Source: Chiloscyllium plagiosum (lineage: Eukaryota). From it: DNA of 20,000 nucleotides. The notes beneath the pieces are model-generated. The model was not told where the DNA came from, searched no databases, and saw nothing but the letters and a program-made list of their open reading frames with translations. This document shows positions 1 through 10,971 of this stretch, piece after piece. The stretch covers positions 5,018,424-5,038,423 of the forward strand of contig NC_057720.1 of the NCBI RefSeq assembly GCF_004010195.1. The letters run 5' to 3'. Numbering within the stretch: position 1 is the first letter of the stretch; every line of letters starts with the position of its first letter. A program made the position numbers and the translations under genes.

Positions 1-293
1 CTGTACAGCTCTACAACTCTAAGTAAAGGTTATGGAGATGGAATGAAGATGGGGTGTTGTCCAGACCCATACGAAGCAAGGCTCATAATTGGCCTGCAGA
101 ACCGCCACCTGACTTTGACAAGTAATGCCTTCATAACGCAAATGAACATTTCCTGAATTCTCATCTCCACACTGTTTTCCCATTACCTGGAACAGTCAAT
201 ATCTAAATGAACAACTCAGTACTCTGAAGATACAGACGCAGAGAAATTGGGTTTAAAAAGGCAGTCAAAGTGAATATGGGGAGATAGGGAGCC

Positions 294-424
294 TCACAGC
301 GCTGTCTGTTCAGGAGGATGTGAAATACCCCACTGAAGAATTCCAAGAAGGGTCAAGGCAGCAAGCAAACCTCGGAATTCTAATGAAATAAAAACACACC
401 ATGCTGTAAGGAGACACGCAATAC
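294..424 (-). CDS. Candidate host-gene coding exon, possibly the last one: (G)IACLLTAWCVFISLEFRGLLAALTLLGILQWGISHPPEQTAL*
   Basis: Minus-strand acceptor ttttaac..gttcattatttcag|GT (425/424) with a branch-point-like TTAAC. The phase-1 frame is open for 42 codons with two hydrophobic stretches. It ends either at TGA (296-294) or at a CT|GTGAGG donor (298/297). No TE similarity is recognisable. Protein not identified. Confidence 0.5.
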
Positions 425-639
425 CTGAAATAATGAACGTGTACGTTAAAATTTCAGATTCAAGTCCCCTGTTCGAAACTAAACTCGCCCAAAGCCCAAC
501 ATTCTTCCCTAAGCCAACACTTCCAAAAATCGGATCAGCTGAGCAAACATTTCCCTGCTTTCATTGCACCTTGCTTGTTCCTGATAGGTTTCCTTACACA
601 CCAGTCCCCTTCAAACTTCATTGGTAACACAAGGAACGT

Positions 640-770
640 TGACATGTTTCAGAAGCTGGAACTACAAAATCAAGTCAGAAGCTGGAAATTCTGTGATGAG
701 TAACTCCCAAATAAGCCTATCCACCATTTACAAGACACAAGGCAGGAATGTGAAGGAATACTCCCCACAC
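640..770 (+). mobile_element. Decayed CR1-clade LINE ORF2 fragment (post-RT region)
   Basis: 698-767 (gagtaact..tccaccatttacaagacacaaggcaggaatgtgaaggaatactcccca) aligns to the reverse complement of 1325-1404. Confidence 0.65.
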
Positions 771-949
771 AAAAAGACGCTTACTATCAGGAAGAGACTA
801 GACCTTTCTAAATTGAAACATAAGAGTTGACTAGGGCTGTGCTACCAGTTCCAACTCCTGAGAAGCAGGCAGAGCAGTAAAATTGAATTCCTGTATTCTT
901 TCATGGCATGATTTGAGTCCAGTTTTCATCCAAATACAGACAGAAGAGC

Positions 950-1230
950 AAGATCAAGGCAGGAATTGATAGAATGTGCCATCAAGGAGCCTTAGCAATC
1001 CATGTGTATCGGGGGGGGGGGGGGGGGGGGGACAAACTCTCTGGTGGTTAGAATTATACCTGACGTATAAGAAGATGGTTGTGGTTGCTGGAGATCAGTC
1101 ATCTCAGCTCCAGGACATCTCTACAGGCTTACCTCAGGGTAACATCCTAGGCCCAACCATTACCAGCTGCTTCATCAATGACCTTTCCTCCATCATAAAT
1201 ATCAGAAGTGGGGACTTTCACCGATGATTG
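950..1230 (+). mobile_element. CR1-clade LINE reverse transcriptase fragment
   Basis: Translates to ...WLELYLTYKKMVVVAG..QDISTGLPQGNILGPTITSCFINDL, then frameshifts to GTFTDD. These are RT motifs PQGSxLGP and FADD. Confidence 0.85.
1011..1031 (+). repeat. Poly-G run (21 nt) inside the LINE fragment
   Basis: Read directly from the sequence. Confidence 0.95.
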
Positions 1231-1890
1231 TTTGGATGTTTGTGAATGCTGTGCCAATCAAGTGGGCGGATTTGTCCTGGATGGTGTCAAGTTTCATGAA
1301 TGTTTTTGGACCCATCCAGGCAATTGGGGAGTATTCCATCACACTCCTGACTTGTGCTTTGTAGTTGGTGGACAGGCTTTGGGGAGTCAGGAGGGGAGTT
1401 ACTCATTGCAGGATTCCCAACCTCTGACCAGCTTTTGCTGGCACTGTGTTTAAGTGGGGAATTCAATTGAGTTTCTGCTCAACAAAAAAAACCTCAGGAT
1501 TTTAACAGTGGGCAATTCAGTGATGGCAAAACCATTCACCCATGATTGAATCAAGGCTGTCATGAGGTCATGAGCCGAGTGGTCATGGTGTAACCCAAAC
1601 TGGACATCACTGAGCAGGGTATTGCTATACAGATGCAAATGATGATCAAGAATGGACTGATGATGCTGTAATTGACTGGGTTGGATTTGTCCCGCTTTGT
1701 GTGTACAGGACATACCTGGGCAATTTTCCACACGGCTGGGTAGATGTCAGTGTTGTAATTGTACTGGAACAGCTTGGTTAGGGTAGCGGACACATTCTGG
1801 AGCACAAATCTTCGGTGCAATTATCAGAATGTTGTCAAGGCCCATAGCCTTTGCAGTACCCAGTGCCTCCAACCATTTCTTGATATCACG
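1231..1890 (-). mobile_element. CR1-clade LINE ORF2 fragment with a large internal deletion near 1535
   Basis: Minus frames give WKIAQVCPVHTKRDKSNPVNY and LLSDVQFG..HSAHDLMTAL, then jump directly to AITELPTVKIL, skipping the RT core. Confidence 0.85.
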
Positions 1891-1894
1891 TGGA

Positions 1895-2175
1895 GTGGAT
1901 CGACGGACAGGATTGGAAATGAGGCTTTGCCAAAAGACTCTGAACAGTTAGCAGCTAAATTAAAATGCAGAGCTTCCACGGTCAAAATCTCAGTATTACT
2001 AGCCGAGTCATGGGCAAAGTGAAATCGGGTACACAAGATAATCGGGAAGTCAACAAGATAGATATGTGAACACAGGGATGGGTGTGGGCAGAATGGCACT
2101 GGTACTGGGCTGGGGGGCGAGGGGGACATTTATGGTGGGTCTAACTTCACTTGAACAGTGTGGGAGGACTGGTGA
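1895..2175 (+). mobile_element. CR1 ORF1 (SGNH/GDSL esterase-like) remnant
   Basis: TDRIGNEALPKDSEQLAAKLKCRASTVKISVLLAE resembles CR1 ORF1 (GTND..EQLGAKLKSRT.KVIISGLLP). It is followed by tggtgtgggcagaatgg-like WCGRNG and cttcacttgaac (LHLN). Confidence 0.65.
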
Positions 2176-2409
2176 ATTGTCTAACTAGAGGCATAGAGAA
2201 TGCTGTAAGCTAATTAGAGGGCTGAGGTTTAGGAGAGAGGATACATAATGCAGTATTACAGAACAGCTACTTGAATAACGTTATCCAAGTGAGACATGCA
2301 GGGACAGAGCATTCAAACACAAAAAAAAAGTAGCAATTTGAGTCAAAGCAGGGAGAAAGGTGAAAGGTCATAGTTAACAACAAAGATATAGGAAGGAAGA
2401 TTCTGGGAA

Positions 2410-3183
2410 GGAGATCATGGTTAGCCAGTGAAGTGTGTAGAGGGTGGCATCAAATTGAAAAAGTAAAATACTAATGTGACAAAGATTAATGACAAATCAG
2501 AGCTTTGTGAACGTTTAAGAAGCAAAACTGACAACAAAGGGAAATAAACTTTGGGTGTAAACTAACAAGTAATATCAAAATAGACAGCAAGAGCTTCTTT
2601 AAATATGTAAAATGAGAGAGGACAAAGTGAACATGAGCCCCTTAGACAACAAGGCTGGGGACATTATAATATGGAACCAGGAAATGGCAGAGAATTGGAT
2701 AAATACTTCACGAATACCACTGCAACATTTTTTTTAATGAAAGGAAGAAAAGTTAAAGATAATAACTATTTCTAGAGAAAAGATACTAGGAAGACTAATG
2801 GGGTTCAAGGTCAGCACACCCCTAGATCTGGTGGAATGTGCCCTAAAATTTTAAAGGAAGTAGCCAGAGATAGTGGAGGAATCATTCAAAAATCCTAGAA
2901 TCCTGGAAAGGTTGCAGAGGATTAGAAAACTGAATGTATTCAAAATGGAAAGGAAATTAAAAAATATTAACTATATGCCAGCTAGCTTAACATCTGTAAT
3001 TGGGAAAATGTTGGAATAGATTATAAAGGCATTTTTAAATATATAACATAATCTGGCTAGGTCAGCATGGGGTCGTGAAGGGGAAACAATACTGAAAATG
3101 TATTTAAATTATTTGAGGAGCAACAAGCAGGATGAAGGGGAAGCAGTGGACATAATATATTTAGATTTCCAAAAGGTATTTAA
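2410..3183 (+). mobile_element. Old CR1 ORF2 remnant (tether to RT N-terminus)
   Basis: Degenerate motifs: agcaagagcttctttaaatatgta (SKSFFKYV), aactatatgccagctagcttaacatct (NY.P.SLTS), cagcatgg (QHG), tatttagatttccaaaag (YLDFQK). Confidence 0.8.
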
Positions 3184-3760
3184 TTAATTTATAGTTCTTT
3201 TGAAAGGTAGACTAAAGTAGTTTTCATCTAACTACACTGAAGTATAACTATGTAAATATGGAAACAGTGTTCCGGACTATTGCAATGAAATCAGCGCACT
3301 AAGGGATATCAGGTACATAGCGAAATAGCTTCCCAAGTGATAATCTATAAATGAGAAATTGAATTAGTAATCTAGTTGAATGCTAATAAGCGATATTATA
3401 TGTGAAATTTCTGTTTGACATGCCTCTGTCTCCTTAATTGATAATCCAGTAACAGAACTGCATTGTTAGAAATTTCACGTTCTCAGGAATTTCAGTAAAT
3501 TTGAGATTCAAGAGATAGAATTATACAATGGTGCAGGGTAGGAGGAAGCCATTCACCAGTCACCTGAGTGAACTCTCCAACAACTTATGATACGAAAGTC
3601 GGAGGAGTTGTTGACAGTGAGGAAGCATGTGGCAGGTTACAGCAGGAAACTATCCACTTTGTCGCATTTCCTGTATGCATTATTTAGATGTTCCATTTTT
3701 ACAGACTTATCCACTTTTAAAATTATTGTGGATTCTGTTTCCACCCAGTATTTTGTTGGT

Positions 3761-4034
3761 TATAGAGTTATAGAATTCAGACACTGTGGAAGCAGGTCAT
3801 TCGGCCCATCGAGGCCACACCGACCCTCCGAAGAGCATCCCACCCCATCTCTGTAATTCCCACGGCCAATCCACCTAACCTGCACATCTTTGGACCGCAG
3901 CACCCAGAGGAAACGCACGCAGACACAGGGAGAATGTCCAAACTCCACACAGACAGTAAACAGAGGGTGGAATCGAACCTGGGTCCCTAGCACTGTGATG
4001 CAGCAATGCTAACCACTGAGCCTTTGTGCTGTCC
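3761..4034 (-). mobile_element. tRNA-derived V-SINE (HE1-like)
   Basis: The minus strand has A box AGGCTCAGTGG and B box GGTTCGATTCC (3969-3979), V-domain-like GTGTGGAGTTTGGACATTCTCCCTGTGTCTGCGTG, and a CR1-type 3' tail ending ctataactctata. Confidence 0.85.
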
Positions 4035-4322
4035 TTTTATTTTAGTATTTCACATTAAGCAACCTTGTGCATTTAAACAAAAATCTTCTAACATCTCCCT
4101 TCATCCTTTGCAGTGGTTTTAATTTTCCTTTGTCCATTTATTATTCCCTTATCAGACTCTCCCATGAATGTGAATGTATGTGTCACGTTTGGTCTTAGCC
4201 TTGGCTGTTCAAATTAATCTTTCCTCAGAACTACTGAAAGTTAACTCTGTGGTCATCCTTCAGACTGTAATATTTAAAAAATTCACTCATACATTTTACA
4301 AGAATATACTGTCCTATGAATT

Positions 4323-4795
4323 ATTTACAAGGATGTTGCCAGGGTTGGAGGATTTGAGCTATAGGGAGAGACTGAACAGACTGTGGCTGTTTTCCCTGGA
4401 GCGTCGGAGGCTGAGGGGTGACCTTATAGAGGTTTACAAAATCATGAGGGGCATGGATAGGATAAATAGACAAAGTCTTCTCCCTGGGGTCAGGGAGTCC
4501 AGAACTAGAGGGCATAGGTTTAGGGTGAGAGGGGAAAGATATAAAAGAGACCGAAGGGGCAACTCTTTCACACTGAGGGTGGTACGAGTATGGAATGAGC
4601 TGCCAGAGGAAGTGGTGGAGGCTGGTACAATTGCAACATTTAAAAGGCATTTGGATGGGTATATGAACAGGAAGGGTTTGGAGGGATATGGGCCGGATAC
4701 TGGCAGATGGGACTAGATTGGGTTGGGATATCTGGTCGGCATGGACGGGTTGGACCGAAAGGTCTGTTTCCATGCTGTACATCTCTATGACTCTA
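4323..4795 (+). mobile_element. Young 5'-truncated CR1/HER1-like LINE 3' end
   Basis: Open frame FTRMLPGLEDLSYRERL..FSLERRRLRGDLIEVYKI..WNELP..YGP*, then a 3'UTR ending tctctatgactcta. Nearly identical to 7426-7885 and 18361-18657. Confidence 0.95.
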
Positions 4796-5039
4796 TTGAC
4801 TTAAAATTAGCTTTTAATATAAATATGCAACTAGACCAGTTAAATGTCCCAAATACAGAGTGTTGGAGCTATAGCCTGTGATCTTACAAAATGTCAGGGT
4901 ATCCTGAGAAATCCATAACAGTCAATGTCAGTGACGCAGAACGAGGCAAGTATCAGTTGGAAACCTTTCTTACAACTCTTGACACCAGCCACTCCAATCC
5001 ATTCCTAAACACCTTGGTGCAACCATCACAGCCTTAATT

Positions 5040-6118
5040 TGAATTTAATTTGGATAAAAGTGAGGGGTTGCATTTTGGTAGACCATACAAGGGCAGGACT
5101 TATGCAGTTAATGGTAGGGCCCAGGGAGAGTTGTAGAACAGAGGGACCTGGGGCTCAGGTACATAATTCTTTGAAATTTGCGTCACAGGTGGTTAAGGCA
5201 GCATTTAGCATGCTCACCTTCATTGCTCAGTCCTTTGAGTATAGGAGTTGGGATGTCATATTGAGGTTGTACAGGATTTTGGTGAGGCCACTTGTGGAAT
5301 ACTGTGTGCAGTTTTGGTTGCCCTGTTATAGGGAGATAATTATTAAACTGGAGACGGTTCAGAAAAGATTTACGAGGCCAAGAATAGAGGGTTTGTATTA
5401 TAACAAGAGGTTGGATAAGCAGGATCTTTGTTTATTGGAGCGTTGGATCAGTATGAGTGACCTTATAGAAGTTGGGAAAATCATGAGGGGTTTTTATAAG
5501 GTGAATAGCAAAGCTCTATACCCTACTATGGGGGAGTTCAAAATTAGGGATGCATTTTTTAAGAATCATGGAACCCCTACAGTGTGCATTCAGCCCATCA
5601 AGTCCTCACTGACTCTCTGAAGAGCATCCATCCCAGAACCACTCCCACTACCCTATCCCTGTAACCTGCAAACCCCATGACTAACCCACCTAAAATACAC
5701 ATCCCTGGACACTATCGGAAATTTAGCCCAGCCAATGCACCTGACCTTCACATCTTGGACTGTGGGAGGAAATCCACACAGACACTGGGAGAATGTACAA
5801 ACTCCGCACAGTCACCCGAAAGTGGAATCAAATGCGGGTCCCTGGTGGTGTGAGGCAGCGGTGCTAACCACCTTAAAAACGAAAAGAGGGGGAACAGTTT
5901 TTACAGAGAGTGGTTAATGTGTGGAATGCACTGCCAGAGCAAGTGTTGGATGTGGGTACAGTGACAATGTTTGAAAGACATTTGGATAAGTACATGAATA
6001 GGAAAGGTTTGGAGAGATATGGGCCAATTGCACTCCAGCGGGACTAGTTTAGTTTGGGAAACTCGGTCAGTGTGAACTAGTGGGACCAAAGGGTCTGTTT
6101 CTATGTGCTATGAATCTA
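5040..6118 (+). mobile_element. CR1/HER1-like LINE 3' part, interrupted by a SINE
   Basis: LYRILVRPLVEYCVQFW..ETVQKRFTR..DLIEV. It resumes at about 5873 with tggaatgcactgcca (WNALP) and a typical 3'UTR tail. Confidence 0.9.
5562..5872 (-). mobile_element. V-SINE (HE1-like), slightly 5'-clipped
   Basis: Minus strand GGTGGTTAGCACCGCTGCCTCACACCACCAGGGACCCGCATTTGATTCC..., colinear with the copies at 3761 and 10201. Confidence 0.85.
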
Positions 6119-6532
6119 ATTATCACATATCAGTCTACTTAATAAGAAACAGGTCCACGGTGTTGTAGGCAGGATATGAACATGGATAGGTGACTGGCTA
6201 ACTAACAGAATGCATGGAGTTTCAGTGAGGGAACATTTTCAGGAAGGAACCTTCTAACTAGTGCTGGAGCCACAATTATTTCCAACATTTATTGAAGAGG
6301 AAGGTGAATGTACCATAACCAAGTTTGCAAATGACACAAAACTGGGTGGGAAGGCAAGTGCTGAGGAAGACAGAAGTCACAGAAGGTTATAGACAGCTTA
6401 AGTGAATGGACAAAAACTCAGCAGATGGAATAATAGCGTGGGAACATGTGAGGTCATGCATTTTGACGGGAAGAGGAGATAAATATTATTCAAATGGATT
6501 AAGACAGAGAAAACTGTAGCACATAATGATTT

Positions 6533-7885
6533 GCAGGGAATTATAGACCAGGGAGCCTGACGTCTGAGGTGGGTTAGTGGTTGGAGGGAATCCTGAGGGA
6601 CAGGATGTACATGTGTTTGGAAAGGCAAGTACTGACTCGGGATAGTCAACATGGCTTTGTGGGTGGGAAACCATATCTCACTAACTGGATTGAGTTTTTT
6701 GAAGAAGTAACGAAGAGGATTGATGAGGGCAAAGCGGTAGATGTGATCTATATGGACTTCAGTAAGGCATTCGACAAGGTTCCCCATGGGAAACTGATTA
6801 GCAAGGTTAGATCTCATGGAATACAGGGAGAACTAGCCATTTGGATGCAGAACTGGCTCAAAGGTAGAAAACAGAGGGTAGTGGTGCGGGGTTGTTTTTC
6901 AGAATCGGTTGTGGGTCCACTACTTTTCATCATTTACACAAGTGATTTGGATGCGAGTATAAGAGGTACAGTTAGTAAGTTTGCAGATGGCACCAAAATT
7001 GGAGGTGTAGTGGACAGTGAAGAGGGTTACCTCAGACTACAACAGGATCTGGACTAGATGGACCAATGGGCTGAGGAGTGGCAGGTGGAGTTTAATTTAG
7101 ATAAATGCAAGGTGTTCCATTTTGGGAAAGCAAATCTTAGCAGGACTTATACACTTAATGGTAAGGTCCTAGGGAATGTTGCTGAATAAAGAGACCTTGG
7201 ACAGCAGGTTCATAGCTCCTTGAAAGTGGAGTCGCAGGTAGATAAGATAGTGAAGGCAGCATTTGGTATGCTTTCCGTTATTGGTCAGAGTATTGAGTAC
7301 AGGAGTTGGGAGGTCATGTTGCGACTGTACAGGACATTGGTTAGGCCACTGTTAGAGTAGTGCGTGCAATTCTGGTCTCCTTCCTATTAGAAGGATGTTG
7401 TGAAACTTGAAAGGGTTCAAAAAAGATTTACAAGGATGTTGCCAGGGTTGGAGGATTTGAGCTACAGGGAGAGGCTGAACAGGCTGGGGCTGTTTTCCCT
7501 GGAGCATCAGAGGCTGAGGGGTGACCTTATAGAGGTTTACAAAATCATGAGGGGCATGGATAGGATAAATAGACAAAGTCTTTTCCCTCGGTTGGGGGAA
7601 GTCCAGAACTAGAGGGCATAGGTTTAGGGTGAGAGGGGAAAGATATGAAAGAGCCATCAGGGGAAACCTTTTTACAGAGGGTGGTACGTGTATGGAATGA
7701 GCTGCCAGAGGAACTGGCACAATTACAGCATTTAAAAGGCATTTGGATGGGTTTATGAACAGGAAGGGTTTGAAGGGATATGGGCCGGGTGCTGGCAGGT
7801 GGGACTAGATTGGGTTGGGATAAATCTGGTTGGCATGAACGGGTTGGACGAAGGGTCTGTTTCCATGTTGTACATCTCTATGACT
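6533..7885 (+). mobile_element. Young CR1/HER1-like LINE, 5'-truncated at the start of the RT domain
   Basis: GNYRP.SLTS, SQHGF, YMDFSKAFDKVPH and KFADG (mutated FADD) are present. Stops at about 7055 and 7187, PQG motif deleted near 6903, intact 3'UTR. Confidence 0.95.
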
Positions 7886-8009
7886 GTGTGTGTATACATG
7901 TCAGAAACTAGCAGGTCAGCAGGTAATGGGGAGGAGAAACAGAATGCTGGATGCTAATTCAAAAGGATTGGGCTATAAAATAGAAAGTTTTGCCAAAGTT
8001 GTACAAGGT

Positions 8010-10075
8010 TTTTTAGGAAAGACTTTAGACATATAGAATGGGGTAGCAAAATGCAGGGATGGGGACAATCAAAATGTGGAGCTGGTTTAAGGAACAGAAA
8101 TTGCACGTCCATGATCGGTATGTCTCTGTCAGGCAGGGAGGAAGTGATAAGGGAAGGGAACCGTGGTTTACTAAAGAAATTGCATCTGTTGTTAAACAGA
8201 AGGAGGAGGTTCATGGGACGATGAGATGAGATGGTTCAGATGCGACGATGGAGAGTTACAGGTCAGCTAGGAAGGATTTAAAGAGAGAGTTAAGAGGAGC
8301 AAAGAGAGGACATGAGCAGTCTTTAGCTGGTAGAATAAAGGAGAACCCTAAAGCTTTCTATAGGTATGTGAGGAATAAATGGATGACAAGGGTAGGAATA
8401 GGGCCAAAGACAGAAGTGGGAAGTTGTGTGGACCCTGTGGAGATTGGAGAGGTGCTTAGCAAATATTTCTCATCGGTTTTCACACAGGAAAAGGAAAATA
8501 TTGTAGAGGAGAATGAGATACGAGATATTAGACTAGAAAAGATCGAGGTTAGTAAGGACGAGGTGTTATCAATTTGAGAAGGAGTGAAAGTAGACAAGTC
8601 CCCTGGGCCAGATGGGATTTATCCGAGGATTCTCTGGGAAGCTGGGGAGGAGATGGCGGAGCCTGAGTCATCATTGTCTATAGGTTTAGTACCAGAGGAG
8701 TAGAGGATTGCAAATGTTGTGCCCTTGTTCAAGAAGGGCAGTAGAGGAGATGACCCAGATAATTATAGACCAGTGAGCCTCACGTCTGTTGTAGGAAAGG
8801 TTTTGGAAAGGATAATAAGAGATAGGATTTATAAACATCTAGCAAGCAACAATTTGATTTCAGATAGTCAACATGGTTTCGTTAAGGGCAGGTCGTGTCT
8901 CACAAACCTCAGGTTTTTGAGAAGGTGACCAACCATGTAGATGAGAGTAGGGCAGTTGATGTGGCATACATGGACTTCAGTAAAGCCTTCAAGGTTCCAC
9001 ATGGTAGGCTGTTGGAGAAAATGCAGAGGCATGGGATTGAGGGTGATTTAGCAGTTTGGATTAGAAACTGGCTTTCTGAAAGAAGGCAGTGAGTGGTGGT
9101 CGATGGAAAATATTCAGCCTGGAGTCCGGTTACTAGTGGTGTGCAACAAGAATCTGTTTTTATAAATGACTTAGATGCAGGCATCAGTGGATGGGTTAGT
9201 AAATTTGCAGATGACGCACGGTGGAGTAGTAGACTGTGTGGAAGAAAGTTGCAGGTTGCAGGGGGACTTGGATAAACTGCAGAATTGGGCTGAGAGGTGG
9301 CAAATGGAATGCAATACTGCTAAATGTGAGGTGGTGCACTTTGGGAAGAATAACAGGAAGGCAGAGTACTGGGTCAATGGAAAGATTCTTGGTGTGGATG
9401 TGCAGAGGGAGCTTGGAGTCCACGTACATAGATCCCTGAAAGTTGCCACCCAGGTTGATAGTGCTGTTAAGAAGGCATACGGTGTGTTAGGTTTTAGTGG
9501 TAGAGGAATGGAGTTCCGGAACCGCAATGTCATGCTGCAACTATATAAAATGCTGGTGCGGCCACACTTGGAATATTGTGTACAGTTCTATTTCGGGAAG
9601 GATGTGGAAGCATTGGAAAAGGTGTAGAGGAGATTTACCAGGATGTTGCCTGGTCTGGAGGGAAGGTCTTATGAGGAAAGGCTGAGAGACTTGGGTCTGT
9701 TCTCCTTGGAAAGGCGGCGGCTAAGGGGGGATTTGATAGAGACATACAAGATGATCAGAGGATTAGATAGGGTAGACAGTGAGAGTCTTTTTCCTAGGAT
9801 GATGATGTCGTTTTGTACGAGGGGGTTTAACAACAAATTGAGGGGGTGATAGATTTAAAACAGATGTTAGAGGCAGGTACTTTACTCAGAGTGGTAATGC
9901 CCTACTTGCCAATGTAGTCAACACGTTAGGGAGATTTAAACAATCCTTGGATAAGCACATGGATAATGATGGGATAGTGTAGGTGGATGGGCTTAGATTA
10001 GTTCACAGTTCGGGGCAAAATTGAGGGCCGAAGGCCCTGTGCTGCGCTGCATTGTTCTATGTTCTCTACATTCTC
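8010..10075 (+). mobile_element. CR1 LINE of a second subfamily, about 2 kb, frameshifted
   Basis: KENPKAFYRYV, KSPGPDGIYP, NYRPVSLTSVVGK, YMDFSKAF, KFADD, VRPHLEYCVQF, LERRRLRGDL; tail ttgttctatgttct. Confidence 0.95.
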
Positions 10076-10200
10076 AGGCACTGGTCAGATCACTGCTGGA
10101 ATAGTGCGACACATTTTGATCCCCTTATCTAAGGAAATATTTACAGACATTGGAGGCAGTCCAAAGGAGGTTCACTAGACCGATACCAAGTAGAAATTTG

Positions 10201-10525
10201 GGTGGCATGGTGGCTCGGTGGTTAGCACTATTGCCTCACAGCACCAGAGAGAGAGAGAGAGCCGGGTGACTGTGTGGAGTTTACACATTCTCCCTGTGTC
10301 TGCGTGGGTTTCCTCCGGGTGCTCCAGTTTCCCCCCACAGTCCAAAGATGTGAAGGTTAGGGGAACTGGCCATGGGAAATTGCCCCTAGTGTTCAGCGAT
10401 GTGTTGGTTAGGTACATTAGTCAGGGGAAATATAGGGTAATAGGGTAGGTAATGGGGAGGGTTGTTGTGGACTTGTTGGGCTTCATGGCCTGTTTCTACA
10501 CTGTAGGGAATCTACGATTCTATGA
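10201..10525 (+). mobile_element. V-SINE (HE1-like) whose B box is replaced by (AG)8
   Basis: A box TGGCTCGGTGG at 10211-10221, V-domain-like core and CR1-type tail ctacgattctatga. (AG)8 occupies 10246-10261. Confidence 0.85.
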
Positions 10526-10971
10526 ATAATTTGGGTCTGTGCTCACTGGAGTTTAGAAGATGGAGAGGTGTCCTTGCTGAAATGGGTTCATGCGAATGCG
10601 ACAGAGAGCGAGAGCGCATGAGCATGAGAGTAAAGGGAATCAAGGGTTTTGGGAAAAAGATAGGAAAGTGGAGTTGAGGGTTTTCAGATCAGGCACGATC
10701 TCATTGAATGGCACAGCAGACTCAATGGGCTGAATGGCCTACTTCAGCTCCTAAGTCTTAATGGCTGACGGCAGCCCCAAATCAGAGTAATGCTGAAACT
10801 GGTCAGGTTCCATGTAGAATGTAGAGTCTGTTCCCTGTCAGCACACTTTAGGAAGAACACGCAGGTTGAGGAGGTGTGGAGGAGGTTGATCAGAATGGGT
10901 CCAGGAGTGAGGGGAGTATTAGCTACAGGGTAAGGCTAGAGAAGCTGTGAATGCTTGACTTGGAGCTAAGG

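Larger units (their letters stand above)
6160..10765 (+). mobile_element. Old CR1 LINE split into pieces (about 6160-6532, 7886-8009, 10076-10200, 10526-10765) by three younger insertions
   Basis: The pieces are colinear in ORF2 order: WI.DWLTNR, KFANDTKLGG, ..ttgtacaagg|cactggtcag (LYKALVR), ttggaggcagtccaaaggaggttcactaga (LEAVQRRFTR), ctggagtttagaaga (LEFRR), then 3'UTR gggctgaatggcctact. Confidence 0.8.

Noticed and set aside
1..20. ctgtacagctctacaactct as an independent feature
   Set aside because: It resembles the last bases of a LINE/SINE tail cut by the window edge and is too short to call.
330..380. Hammerhead-like ctgaagaa/gaagggtc and GAATTCC..GGAATTC inverted repeat
   Set aside because: There is no correctly placed helix II plus GAAA, and the region is better explained as coding sequence on the minus strand.
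433..627. Plus-strand 64-aa ORF
   Set aside because: No recognisable homology or splice support; it overlaps the intronic acceptor region of the minus-strand candidate exon.
3185..3520. Additional exon in an AT-rich unique segment
   Set aside because: No convincing acceptor/donor pair with an open frame.
3960..4034. tRNA gene (also 5820-5872 and 10201-10260)
   Set aside because: These are tRNA-derived SINE heads attached to a V-domain and LINE tail; no full cloverleaf is apparent.
4174..4716. 180-aa ORF as a gene
   Set aside because: It is a chance read-through from flanking DNA into a truncated CR1 ORF2 C-terminus.
6581..9849. RT ORFs as an active or novel reverse-transcriptase system
   Set aside because: These are ordinary CR1 ORF2 pieces with stops, frameshifts, motif deletions and FADD mutated to FADG.
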